From contig JAJZRB010000005.1 in assembly GCA_021806615.1 (NCBI GenBank), forward strand, positions 4,319-68,318: a stretch of DNA of 64,000 nucleotides, in the 5' to 3' direction. The translations under genes and the position numbers were made by a program. The notes under the pieces are model-generated. The model did no database searches, was not told the origin of the DNA, and saw nothing but the letters and a program-made list of their open reading frames with translations. The stretch is from a bacterium (GTDB lineage: Bacteria > Patescibacteriota > Patescibacteriia > Patescibacteriales > UBA12465). Below are positions 20,101 to 28,300 of the stretch, one piece after another (position 1 is the stretch's first letter; each line of letters opens with the position of its first letter).

Positions 20101-21120
20101 ACGCGGCGGCAGATCACCGGCATTCAACACTATTCCGCCATCACCATTACCGCCAAAAATCTTAGTTCCGATATTAGCCGCTATTTCTTTACCTTCATTG
20201 ATCATCCTCGCTACTGAATTCTTAACGGAAACACTAATATGCTTAAGGCTGGAAAGCGGATTATTTATGAGGCTCCACCGCAGAACCAAGGCCGTCTTAT
20301 CAATCGTCCCGCGTATATCTGATCCAGAAAAGGAAGAAAAAATTTCCACATCCGCGGCCACTGCTTCTAAAGACGGCTGCAAGAACTGGGTATAGGGCAG
20401 GAACATATAGCGGCCGCCATCATGCTCCCGGCCGACATCATATCCGAAAATTTCCGGGGCGGGAATGAGCAAATCTCGGCGCGGCGCTATTTTTGAAAAT
20501 TCCTGATCGCGCGAAAAACAGTCGCCATAGATATCCGGAGCGCTACAAGGCGCAAAGCCGTCCGGAGTGATATCAACGGCATAATAAGAAGGGTCGTATT
20601 CCAAAGCGTCTAGATTATTAGGGTTAGAAATATTAGAACTTTCATATACTTTCTCGGTCAAGCCGACGCAGGTCCATTCGCCGCTCGCCGGTCCTTTCTG
20701 ATCCTTAAAATCAAAATCATAAGCTAAATCTCGCCCGACCAGGCTCTTCGCGATGGCCACGGCTTTAGCCCGCTGCAGTTCCGTAGCTTTCCGGGGAATA
20801 CGCGCGCCTAAAAAAGTCTCATTTTCAGCCCGATTAACAAAGTATTTCGCGGGCGTCTTGATTATGCCGCTTCCCATAGCCTCCACTATATAATCTATCC
20901 CGTTTTCTCGCCCGATATAGATAGCCGCGTGGCCGGCATAGATGTCTTTCACTATTCCCTTTTCGGAAAAGACTAAAGAATCCTGGCTATAACCATACAT
21001 CTTGCCGTCTCTGGAAGTACGGTACAAGAGAGTGCCGGGCGGCATCGCGCTGCAAAAAAGCGGCAAAGAAAAAAATAATAAGCACAAGCTAGAGCATAGA
21101 ATCTTAATTTTCATATCCAT
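17152..21120 (-). CDS. giant secreted modular surface protein: permuted-papain (YiiX/C92-like) amidase + S/A/K-rich linker + 2 lamin-tail (LTD) domains + 2 LamG-like lectin-fold domains
   Basis: Signal peptide: MDMKIKILCSSLCLLFFSLPLFCSA. Amidase motifs: GHAAIYIG...IVEA then YDFDF...EWTCVGLTEKVYE (His before Cys, i.e. permuted NlpC/P60). LTD motifs occur twice (DNDFIELFNPGDNDFDL and DNDWLEINNPTDYDLDL). LamG-like motifs occur twice (WHQVSLVVS...WEVYIDGQKV and WHHLALVYDSYRYKLRFYVDGGEK). Confidence 0.75.
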   Translation of the reverse strand: MDMKIKILCSSLCLLFFSLPLFCSAMPPGTLLYRTSRDGKMYGYSQDSLVFSEKGIVKDIYAGHAAIYIGRENGIDYIVEAMGSGIIKTPAKYFVNRAENETFLGARIPRKATELQRAKAVAIAKSLVGRDLAYDFDFKDQKGPASGEWTCVGLTEKVYESSNISNPNNLDALEYDPSYYAVDITPDGFAPCSAPDIYGDCFSRDQEFSKIAPRRDLLIPAPEIFGYDVGREHDGGRYMFLPYTQFLQPSLEAVAADVEIFSSFSGSDIRGTIDKTALVLRWSLINNPLSSLKHISVSVKNSVARMINEGKEIAANIGTKIFGGNGDGGIVLNAGDLPPRRAQSAQKTAAAKTSSAKTKAPKSTASKISVASAPSVTVKKAGVVPSKSHQDNAGQGDVIPKNVAGKTASSKRPSSVLSRPQDTAVAASGNKAATENKRADSQASPPAYYPPVVYNNFTAPASSGASNLAADGQPKIAILNKIYATLDNDFIELFNPGDNDFDLAAAGYRLERAKTAEDPTLLMRLGDPADGSYPGGTIIKAHGYYLIVRATADAYYQAKADAIATRTEFTWTGSGYTIYLGKGAISSSTDPDIVDAVGFGPDATYFLGSGPAPAISDNYFLDRKDNSENNQLDFRLFPSADPSAVAARAALMSENASSTMEIIGSDEATTTEEIATTTEEAATTTKEIATTSDEVATTTEETITEGIGTSTEEVATSTGEIATSTEEAATSSSSILALINKIYATGDNDWLEINNPTDYDLDLSAFDFHLSKTKTAEEPSLMMRFGNPNDGSYPGGTVVKAHGNYLVVRDEANNYFQDQADAIATRPEFVWADSGYTFYLGKGAISSSTDPDIVDAVGFGPDATYFLGSGPAPAISDNYFLNRIGFNNDNQSDFDLLLSDDPNIATSSEPVVDMNLDLFVPPDPIISSGLAGLWHFSECYGEGEWAVGKWDCSRVVGPAAGRFSGPLNPPSDLNSFSLSFYYKKSLNFPRVISSLSNADGDEMRLILEPGMMTIEGLPNSDWRYYKDTKFDGNWHQVSLVVSQALDYWEVYIDGQKVVHEDFLADLPLMDSWEIYGDCDPVLIDEAAIWDRPLSAGEILADYLREAPYSPLTGREPQQEARLIHFWDFSEDAGGMAMDSISNAALNIMPEAWVGRSHGNYAIQTINGHDFTSNLDEIKSRDISLAFWWHNSAYPGEGRANIYLDGTAAGGANRLAFLVNSYRPGFWFNGSYGILAEGVDKAIPNDSAWHHLALVYDSYRYKLRFYVDGGEKASSSLIWIKEGDNINYLKIFTDNASSEIDDLGIYEGALSPAQVEEIYLQTK
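18479..18606. repeat. copy 1 of a 128-bp perfectly identical direct repeat inside the giant gene
   Basis: Identical base for base to 19259..19386 at a 780-bp (260-codon) offset. The flanks are only roughly two-thirds identical. Confidence 0.95.
18925..19130. repeat. imperfect 21-nt (7-aa) tandem repeat array encoding (A/I/V)ATTTEE-like units
   Basis: Protein: EATTTEEIATTTEEAATTTKEIATTSDEVATTTEETITEGIGTSTEEVATSTGEIATSTEEAATSS. DNA units look like gtcgtcgtagcggcttcttcg / gtcgtcgtagctatttcttca. Confidence 0.85.
19259..19386. repeat. copy 2 of the 128-bp perfect repeat
   Basis: See 18479..18606. Both copies encode GKGAISSSTDPDIVDAVGFGPDATYFLGSGPAPAISDNYFL. Confidence 0.95.
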
Positions 21121-21130
21121 AGAATATAAG

Positions 21131-22051
21131 TTAATTATTATAATATCGCTCCCATTGCGCCGCGCTGATTTCCGGGAGCGGCAATTTCCTGCCGGCCAGA
21201 TTATTCAGGGTATCCGCCGCGAAAGCCCGGCTAATATCATCGCCGCCTGTTTTATCAGAATAAATTTCTTGCAAATCTTTTCCGACTTCTTCAGGAAAGG
21301 ATAGATAATGATCAGCTAGCAATAAAACGAGAGAGGATCGCAGATGATTATCCGTGGACGGATCACGCGCGAGCCCGGCGATATCTCCCAGCTGCTTGAG
21401 AGAAAGCGCCGATGCTCGGCCATGATCACCGCCGGATCCGGCTCCATGGCTGCTCAGGGCTTGGACGGCCGCTTCTTTGACTAGCGGATCTTCGCCGCTC
21501 GTTAGGAGAGAAAGATAAAAATCATTTCCTGTTTGTTTAGACCCGGGCGGCGCTTTTTTATCGGAAGATAAGGCCTCCGGGCTGAAATAGGAGATGATTC
21601 CGGCTCGTAATTCCGCCCGGCCGGAAGTATTAGATAGATATTCACGGATATACGGAGGCGGATTGTCCGCATAAGCTGAAGATAATATACGTATCAATTC
21701 AACACGGAATCCCGTTTCTAGTCCTTCATCTAAAAAATAACTCCGCAAAAGGTTTTTTAGCCGGTAAGAAGGGCTGGAGGCTAGGTCGCCGATAAGCTCT
21801 TGAACCGCGACGCGCCGGAAAGAGAGACAATCTTCATGGCAAAGCTTCTCTTTCTCCCAAGAATTCCTCAATTCCGCTAACTTAAGAACTGGCCGGTCAA
21901 AGCTGAAAAAAACCAAGGATACGTAGCCGGCGATTAAAACTAACGCGATAGCCGCTCCGCCTAAAAATAATCTTTTTTTAAAGCTGGCGCTTCTACGCCA
22001 CTGGCCGGCGGCGGCCAAAAACATCTTCAACTTGCTTTTCAATTTGTCCAT
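21131..22051 (-). CDS. hypothetical membrane-anchored protein (one N-terminal TM; helical-repeat-like ectodomain)
   Basis: 306-aa ORF with TM segment LFLGGAAIALVLIAGYVSLVFF. It ends 10 nt before the giant gene, so it is probably co-transcribed. Confidence 0.55.
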   Translation of the reverse strand: MDKLKSKLKMFLAAAGQWRRSASFKKRLFLGGAAIALVLIAGYVSLVFFSFDRPVLKLAELRNSWEKEKLCHEDCLSFRRVAVQELIGDLASSPSYRLKNLLRSYFLDEGLETGFRVELIRILSSAYADNPPPYIREYLSNTSGRAELRAGIISYFSPEALSSDKKAPPGSKQTGNDFYLSLLTSGEDPLVKEAAVQALSSHGAGSGGDHGRASALSLKQLGDIAGLARDPSTDNHLRSSLVLLLADHYLSFPEEVGKDLQEIYSDKTGGDDISRAFAADTLNNLAGRKLPLPEISAAQWERYYNN

Positions 22052-22225
22052 AAGATTAAAAAAAATTAATAATATTTCCTTCTATTTCCCGGCCGGCCGC
22101 TAGGCTGCATTCTCCGGCTTTTCCACTATAACAAAAGAGGGCTGATGGCCCTTTAAATTTTTCCTAAAATAATAAATGCTCCAATACCTGCAGAAAACCA
22201 GATAAACAAATCTTTTTCCCCGCCA

Positions 22226-22254
22226 TTAAAAAATCAGACCGTCTGGCCTGATTT
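22226..22254 (-). terminator. terminator downstream of the Wzy_C/TPR gene
   Basis: Minus-strand RNA: AAUCAGGCC-agac-GGUCUGAUU followed by UUUUU. Confidence 0.65.
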
Positions 22255-22278
22255 TCATGGGGATACCTATCTTTTTTT

Positions 22279-24576
22279 CTAGTTCGCTTTCTTCAGTGCC
22301 GGACTGCTCGTAGCTTTGGTCTTTTCCACGGTCTTTAAGAAATCGGCCCAATCCGTCTCTGACTTCGGATACAACAAGACCGCCCGCCGGTGTGCCGTTT
22401 CTGCTCCGGCCTGATTGCCGGATAGAAGATAAAGCTTGCCTAAGTTAAGCCAGACTTCGGCGGAATCGCTGTTTAAAATACTCAGCCGTTCGGCTAATTT
22501 CAAAGCCCTAGCGTAATCGCTGTTAGCCGTAAAATATGACAGAGCGCTGACTAGCAGGCTATTAGAATTGATAGTATCTACGCCGCCTAAATCAACGCAT
22601 CGGCCTAAAGAATTTCCCAGCTTCTTATCATCTTTCATGGCCGCCTTGTTCTGGCTATCCATGAATACATAGAACTGGGCCAAGCGGCAATAAGCTTCAG
22701 AATAATCCGGATTAAGGCTGATAGCATAATCTATGGTACTGAGCGCTTCCTCCTTTTCGCCGCGGACAAGCTGCATCTGCGCCTTAACCAGATAGACAGG
22801 CACCCGTCCCGGGCTCGCTTCTATGGAACGGTCTATAGCCTCAATCGCCTGCCTGGAGTAATAATTGAATTTATCTAAATCCTGATAATAATGCCGCGCG
22901 GCGGTATCCAATATCTGAGCGAGCTGCATCTGCATCAAGCTGTCCTGCGGGTTGTAAGATACGTTCTCCTGCGCCAAGGAAATCGTATAGTCTAGGGTCG
23001 CTTGCGCCTGGCTAGACGTCAGAGAATCTAGCATGTTAGGATCTATCGTTATCAAATTGATAAGGGTCGTCCGGCCGTCGCGATCTAAGGGGGTGCCGAC
23101 TAAGGCTTTCTGGTAAGCTAAGACTCCATCCGCTAAATTGCCGTCCACGATATCGCTATAGCCGACAATGACGCCTTGGAACATCTTCCAGACCCTAATA
23201 TTATAATTATAAGCGAAAAGATAAGCGCCAAAAATTAAGATGATAAGGGTTACCCATTCCCATTGGCGGCTTAAAACAAGAATATGCCTGACATCATCGC
23301 CTTCCTCTGTTCCTGCCGGTTCTTCAATCAGCCAATATATGAAACCGAGCATGACCATTAATCCGACATAAGTGACTAAAGAGTCAAAAACGGCCAGATT
23401 CTGGATAAAATACGCGGCCATCAAGGCGAGGAGGACTAGAATCTCCAAATTCTTCTTAGAGCTTTCCTCGCCGGTTCCCGCTCGGCCGCCGTTCTTCTTG
23501 AACTCTGAAGCTAAATAATATAAAGCCGCGGCGAAGATGCTCAGATAAGCTGCTAAACCGAACAATCCGGTCGTGGAAGCGATATCTATAAGATTATTAT
23601 GCGCCCGATCAAAATAAGTCTCGGTCCGGGCGTAATTAAAAAATTTAGGATCAAAATGACGATCGAAGATAATGGCGTAATTGCCGAAACCCGTGCCGAA
23701 AAGCGGATGATATTTGAAATCAAGAGCCGCGCTTTTCCAAGAGATGAGCCTAGTCTGGAAAGTGCTTTTTTCAAAAGTCAGATTCCTTAAAAAACTATTC
23801 TGGAACCAAGCGGCCTGATATTGGGAAAAAACGAAGATGACAGCCAAGACCGCTAATAAGAAAATAAGTAATGAGGATCGCCTTAACGCCCTATTCCTAT
23901 GGCTGAGCCCCAGAAAGAATAATAAGAGCAAGAAGCTCAGGAATAAGCCGATAATGGCGCCCGAGGTGTGGCAACGCCAGAATTCTAGCAGCATGACGAT
24001 TATCGGCAGGAGATAAAGCGAGCGGCGGCCGAAGCTCTGGCTGCGCCCGAATAAGATCAAGGCGAAGAAGATATTGAAAATGAGGTAACCGCTCACATAA
24101 GCGGTATTCCCTATCGTAGCGTAAACTTCCCCCTGTCCGCTCAAGCCTATGAAGCTGATGATGGTAGCGATAAGGACCGAAGAGAATAATAAGGACCGCC
24201 ACTGCGCCCAAGTGCGGAAAACCGTAACCAATATGAAATAAAAGATCAAAAAGTGCAGAAGATGGAAAAGCCCGAGCATGCGTTCAGCGTCTCCCCAGAA
24301 GCTCAGGTTCTTATCTACGCTGACGAGATAAGAAGCGATAATGGCCGCGAAAAATACCAATAAGCCGTAGCTGATATAGTTCTTCTTCGGGCGATAAGCG
24401 GGATAACGCATGATAAAAACGAGCCAAACCGCCAATAAGAATTCCATCAGGATATTAAAACTCAGCTGTTTGGAGGTAATGAACGGAAAAAGAAGGTCTT
24501 TGAAGACGAAAAAAATGATGAGGAGAGAGGCTAATAATCCCCCCTGGAGTATCCTTAGATAAGCTTTTGCGGGCAT
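22279..24576 (-). CDS. O-antigen-ligase-like (Wzy_C) polytopic membrane protein with a C-terminal TPR domain
   Basis: About 11 hydrophobic segments, Wzy_C-type loop (FDRAHNNLIDIASTTGLFGLAAY), and a C-terminal ~300 aa of TPR-like repeats (AISLNPDYSEAYCRLAQFY, AEVWLNLGKLYLLSGNQAGAETAHRRAVLLYP). The start is taken at MPAKAYL (24576); the track start is 24639. Confidence 0.75.
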   Translation of the reverse strand: MPAKAYLRILQGGLLASLLIIFFVFKDLLFPFITSKQLSFNILMEFLLAVWLVFIMRYPAYRPKKNYISYGLLVFFAAIIASYLVSVDKNLSFWGDAERMLGLFHLLHFLIFYFILVTVFRTWAQWRSLLFSSVLIATIISFIGLSGQGEVYATIGNTAYVSGYLIFNIFFALILFGRSQSFGRRSLYLLPIIVMLLEFWRCHTSGAIIGLFLSFLLLLFFLGLSHRNRALRRSSLLIFLLAVLAVIFVFSQYQAAWFQNSFLRNLTFEKSTFQTRLISWKSAALDFKYHPLFGTGFGNYAIIFDRHFDPKFFNYARTETYFDRAHNNLIDIASTTGLFGLAAYLSIFAAALYYLASEFKKNGGRAGTGEESSKKNLEILVLLALMAAYFIQNLAVFDSLVTYVGLMVMLGFIYWLIEEPAGTEEGDDVRHILVLSRQWEWVTLIILIFGAYLFAYNYNIRVWKMFQGVIVGYSDIVDGNLADGVLAYQKALVGTPLDRDGRTTLINLITIDPNMLDSLTSSQAQATLDYTISLAQENVSYNPQDSLMQMQLAQILDTAARHYYQDLDKFNYYSRQAIEAIDRSIEASPGRVPVYLVKAQMQLVRGEKEEALSTIDYAISLNPDYSEAYCRLAQFYVFMDSQNKAAMKDDKKLGNSLGRCVDLGGVDTINSNSLLVSALSYFTANSDYARALKLAERLSILNSDSAEVWLNLGKLYLLSGNQAGAETAHRRAVLLYPKSETDWADFLKTVEKTKATSSPALKKAN

Positions 24577-24649
24577 AAAATTACAATATTCATAGATTAT
24601 AAGGAAATTATAACACAGCCTTTCATCGGCTGTCGACATTCATCAAAAA

Positions 24650-24684
24650 AAATAATAAAAAAACAGCCCGAAAAGGCTGTTTTA
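24650..24684 (-). terminator. terminator downstream of the ferritin gene
   Basis: Minus-strand RNA: AAAACAGCC-uuuucg-GGCUGUUU followed by a U-run. Confidence 0.7.
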
Positions 24685-24709
24685 TCCCAAAGCTATGCTA
24701 GACCAGAAC

Positions 24710-25231
24710 TTAAGCCTTGGCCGCATAAGGGCCGGAGGGGACGTAAGCGCGCGCGCCCAGCTCCTGATCTAAGATATAGAGGGCGGAGCCGTCGTTACCG
24801 ATGAGCTTTATTTTCTCAATAACCGCAGTCGCGTTAGCCTCTTCTTCCACCTGTTCATCAATATACCATTTGATAAAAGACTCTAAAGCATAGTCTTTCT
24901 CTTCTCTCGCTACTTCATAAATCTTGCCGATAAGAGCGGTGATATGCTTTTCATGCGCTAAGCCAGAGGCGAATATTTCGCCGATGGTCTTGGCCGATCC
25001 TAAATCCGGCTCACTAATGGCTAAGAGCTTCGGTTCTTCATTCCTGTCCACTAAGAATCGGAAAAAACCCAAAGCATGGTCATTTTCTTCCTTAGCCTGG
25101 ACTTGCATCCAATTCGCGGCGCCTTTTAAATTCATATTCTCCAGCCGGGCGGCGAGAGCGATATAGAGATAGAAAGAATAGAATTCTTCCTGGATCTGCT
25201 TATTCAAGATATTTTTGACAGTATCTTTCAT
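24710..25231 (-). CDS. ftn: ferritin (non-heme, Ftn-like)
   Basis: Ferritin-like four-helix pattern with ferroxidase ligand regions: QIQEEFYSFYLY, QAKEENDHALGFFRFL, HEKHIT, DEQVEEE. 173 aa. Confidence 0.85.
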   Translation of the reverse strand: MKDTVKNILNKQIQEEFYSFYLYIALAARLENMNLKGAANWMQVQAKEENDHALGFFRFLVDRNEEPKLLAISEPDLGSAKTIGEIFASGLAHEKHITALIGKIYEVAREEKDYALESFIKWYIDEQVEEEANATAVIEKIKLIGNDGSALYILDQELGARAYVPSGPYAAKA

Positions 25232-25286
25232 ATATTTAATACTTAATAATTAGTAGAGTCCAGTATAGCACAATTCAAACCAACAG

Positions 25287-25312
25287 AAAAGGACCCCCGA
25301 AGGGGTCCTTTT
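25287..25312. terminator. terminator downstream of the S-layer-like gene
   Basis: Perfect hairpin AAAAGGACCCC-cgaa-GGGGTCCTTTT. Confidence 0.75.
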
Positions 25313-25356
25313 GCTGTTCCGATTTATGTTTAGGAAATCGGGAAAACTGGAATTCC

Positions 25357-28300
25357 TTAGTAGTTGAAGGAATAGCCGTTAACCGGCAAATTCTTTACTA
25401 AGTAGCCATTTCCGTAAGAAGCGGAAGTGGTATCGTTCCATTGCCAGTCAGTACCAGAAGCTAACGCATCAGCTGAAGTTAAGTTCAAGGCTAAATTGTT
25501 AGAATTCAAGGCACCAAGGGCTCCAACGCTAACCTTAACGACATAGGTCTTGCTGCTACCAGAAGAGATTAAAGAATCAGAGCTGAAAGCAACAGCGGCC
25601 GGCGTGTTAGTAGTGGTTAGAGAAACCGGAGCGGCAATCAAGTTAGTAGCCATATCGTTGATGTCATAGACACCGGCGACAGCTACCGTGCTAGCGCCGT
25701 TGAATAACGGAGTAACAGTGAAGGTCTTGAAATTAACCGGGCCGTTAGAAGCGGCGACAGTAAATCTCATCACTTCCTGAGTACCGACATTCAAAGTGCG
25801 GCTAGTCGGAACGTAATCCGACAAGGAAACAGTCGGTTTAGCAGCGACAACTAACATGGTGTTAGCAGCGACAGTCAAACCGGTCTTTTCCGCCGGGGTG
25901 TTGGAACCGATCTGGTATTTAACGTAAGTGGCCGTTAACTTAGACTGGGTTCTAGTCGCCGTAGCGTTAGTACCGACAGTGTTGTAGTTAGCAGTCACAG
26001 TGACGTTAGTACCGACCGTGTTGACCGGAACATCGATATTCAATGTGCCATCAAAGAAAGCGACGTAATCAGAGCCCGATAATACAACCGGGGCGCTTAC
26101 GGTTCCGATGGTCAAAGAATTGACGGAAGTTCCTTCAGCCGTACCGGCATTGTTGGTAACTTTGAACTTCAAGCTGGTAATCTTAGCCGCGCCGTTGGTA
26201 GCTACAAATTTGTAGACAGCCGCAGTCGCGCTAGTGCCACCGACCACCAAAGCGGACGGAGCATCTGAAGAGACCAAAGTCGGATCAGATAAAGTACCAG
26301 TCAAGAAAGTCAAGACCTGACCAGCGGTGTTAGCATCAGCCGTTAAGTTGGTGCTGACCGTTCTAGCCGAGACCTTCAAGTCACTGACAGTCAAAGTGCT
26401 GTTATCGTTGACTTGAGCTACATCAGCATAGATATCAATGGTCTTGGTCTGACCAGGTTGCAAGGTGAAGTTAACCGGGAAGTTGTTAACGCCGGCTATC
26501 GGATTACCAATAACGTTGGTCGGATCTTCAGAAGTATAAAGATTGGAGACGTTAGTGATAACGATGTTACCGCCGCTTACAGCTAAAGTAGCCGCTAAAT
26601 TGGTCGCTCTAACAGCCTCAGAAGAACCAGCCTGGAATGTGAAGGAACCGATCTTCTGTTTCTGGACATTCGGAGAGATGTTCTGAGCTGAAGCGAAAGC
26701 GTTGTTCTTAGACAGGCTGGATAAGCCAGTAGAAACAATCGTCAAAGCTTTAGTCGCGTAAGTTGTTCCGCCGGAAGTGGCGAAAGAAGTCACGCCCTGG
26801 AAAGCTCCGGCAACCGAAGCCGCATTAGTCGTAATTGTGGTAGAGGTGGTTGAACCGCTGTTCATAACTAAATCACCTTTGATTTCCACGGTGGCAGTAG
26901 AGCCAGCCGGGACGGTGAATAAGTTAGTGGTCCCGTAGGTCTTAGTAGCGGTGTAACCGGTCACAGTAGCGCCGGAAACAACGGCATTCTGAGAACTACC
27001 AACCTGAGAGCCGTTAACGTAGATAGCCAGGTTGTTAACACCATCGCCAGAAGCGGTATTCCCGTTGAAGAGAACAGTCGCGTTTAACGTGGTAACCTTC
27101 ATGTCTTCGCCATAAGCTTTCATGGTGTATTTCGCTAAGGTCACATTAGAAGCGCCCTTAACTACTTGGGTAGCGGCAAAAGTCGGGTCAGCCGCAATCA
27201 CCAAAGAACCAACGTTAATATTGGCTGAAGTGGTGGTTTGCGGTAAGCCAGTCGCAGCGACATTAACGTTGTAGTTGGTATCAACTAAAACGATATCGGA
27301 AGCGGTCTGGATGGAGAAGCTGAAATTGGTATTAGAGCCCTTGATGATATCGCCTCTCAATTCTACGGTCCTGTTGCCAGTGCTCAATAGATAAGGAGCG
27401 GCGGATAAATCAAAGTTAACTCTATTATCGCTATTGACGGAAGAAGCCGAACCGACTTGGGTTCCATCAACATATAATTTCAGATTCTGGATAGCATCGC
27501 TAGCTACTGAACCGATCTGTCTGAAGCTGACATACTTTAAATTAACAGCTTTGTTGCTGATAGTTAAAGGAGCGGACCAAAGAGTCGCGTTCATCGTACC
27601 GGCATTGACATTACCAGAACTGGTAACAGTACCGGCGACGACAGTCGCTAAATCAGTCGCAGTCACAACAGACATTAAATTACCAGTAAGCGGGAAAGAG
27701 CCAGTTACGCTAGCGCCAGTGGAAGTAACATCGGAAGCGGCGTTAACCGAGAAACCGACATTACCAGTGGCATTAGCCGCGACATCAGCTTTCACAGTGA
27801 TCGCTCTGGTCTGACCAGCGTTAACAGTAAATAATCCATTGTTATTAGAGAAAGTAACTACGCCGTTAGATAAGGAACCGGCGTCAGTCAATTTGGTATT
27901 TCCATCATAAAGATAGATAGACGATAAAGTGCTATCGGAAGAAATACCAACTCTCTTCAATTTTAAGGTCTTAACCGTAACTGCACCGTCATTAGCGGCG
28001 GTGAAGTTAAAGGTAGCCATATCAGCGATTGATTGGCCACCGCCAGAGGTAGTAACAACGTTAGAAGCCGCTGCGGTAGAAGAGCTTAAAGAAACCATCA
28101 AGCCGGAACCGGTGACAACCGGACCGGAGCCGCCATTCTGGGCAACATTGACTAAGGCAGTTTCCGCGGCGCTAACTTCAGTTCCGCCGGCCGTAACGGT
28201 CGTAGCAGAAGTGATAACGTTAGCTAATTGGAATCTGTTAGCAGTCAAAGCCGCTTCGTTGGCAACTTTTCTGTAGTTAGTACCATCATAGTAATAAACG

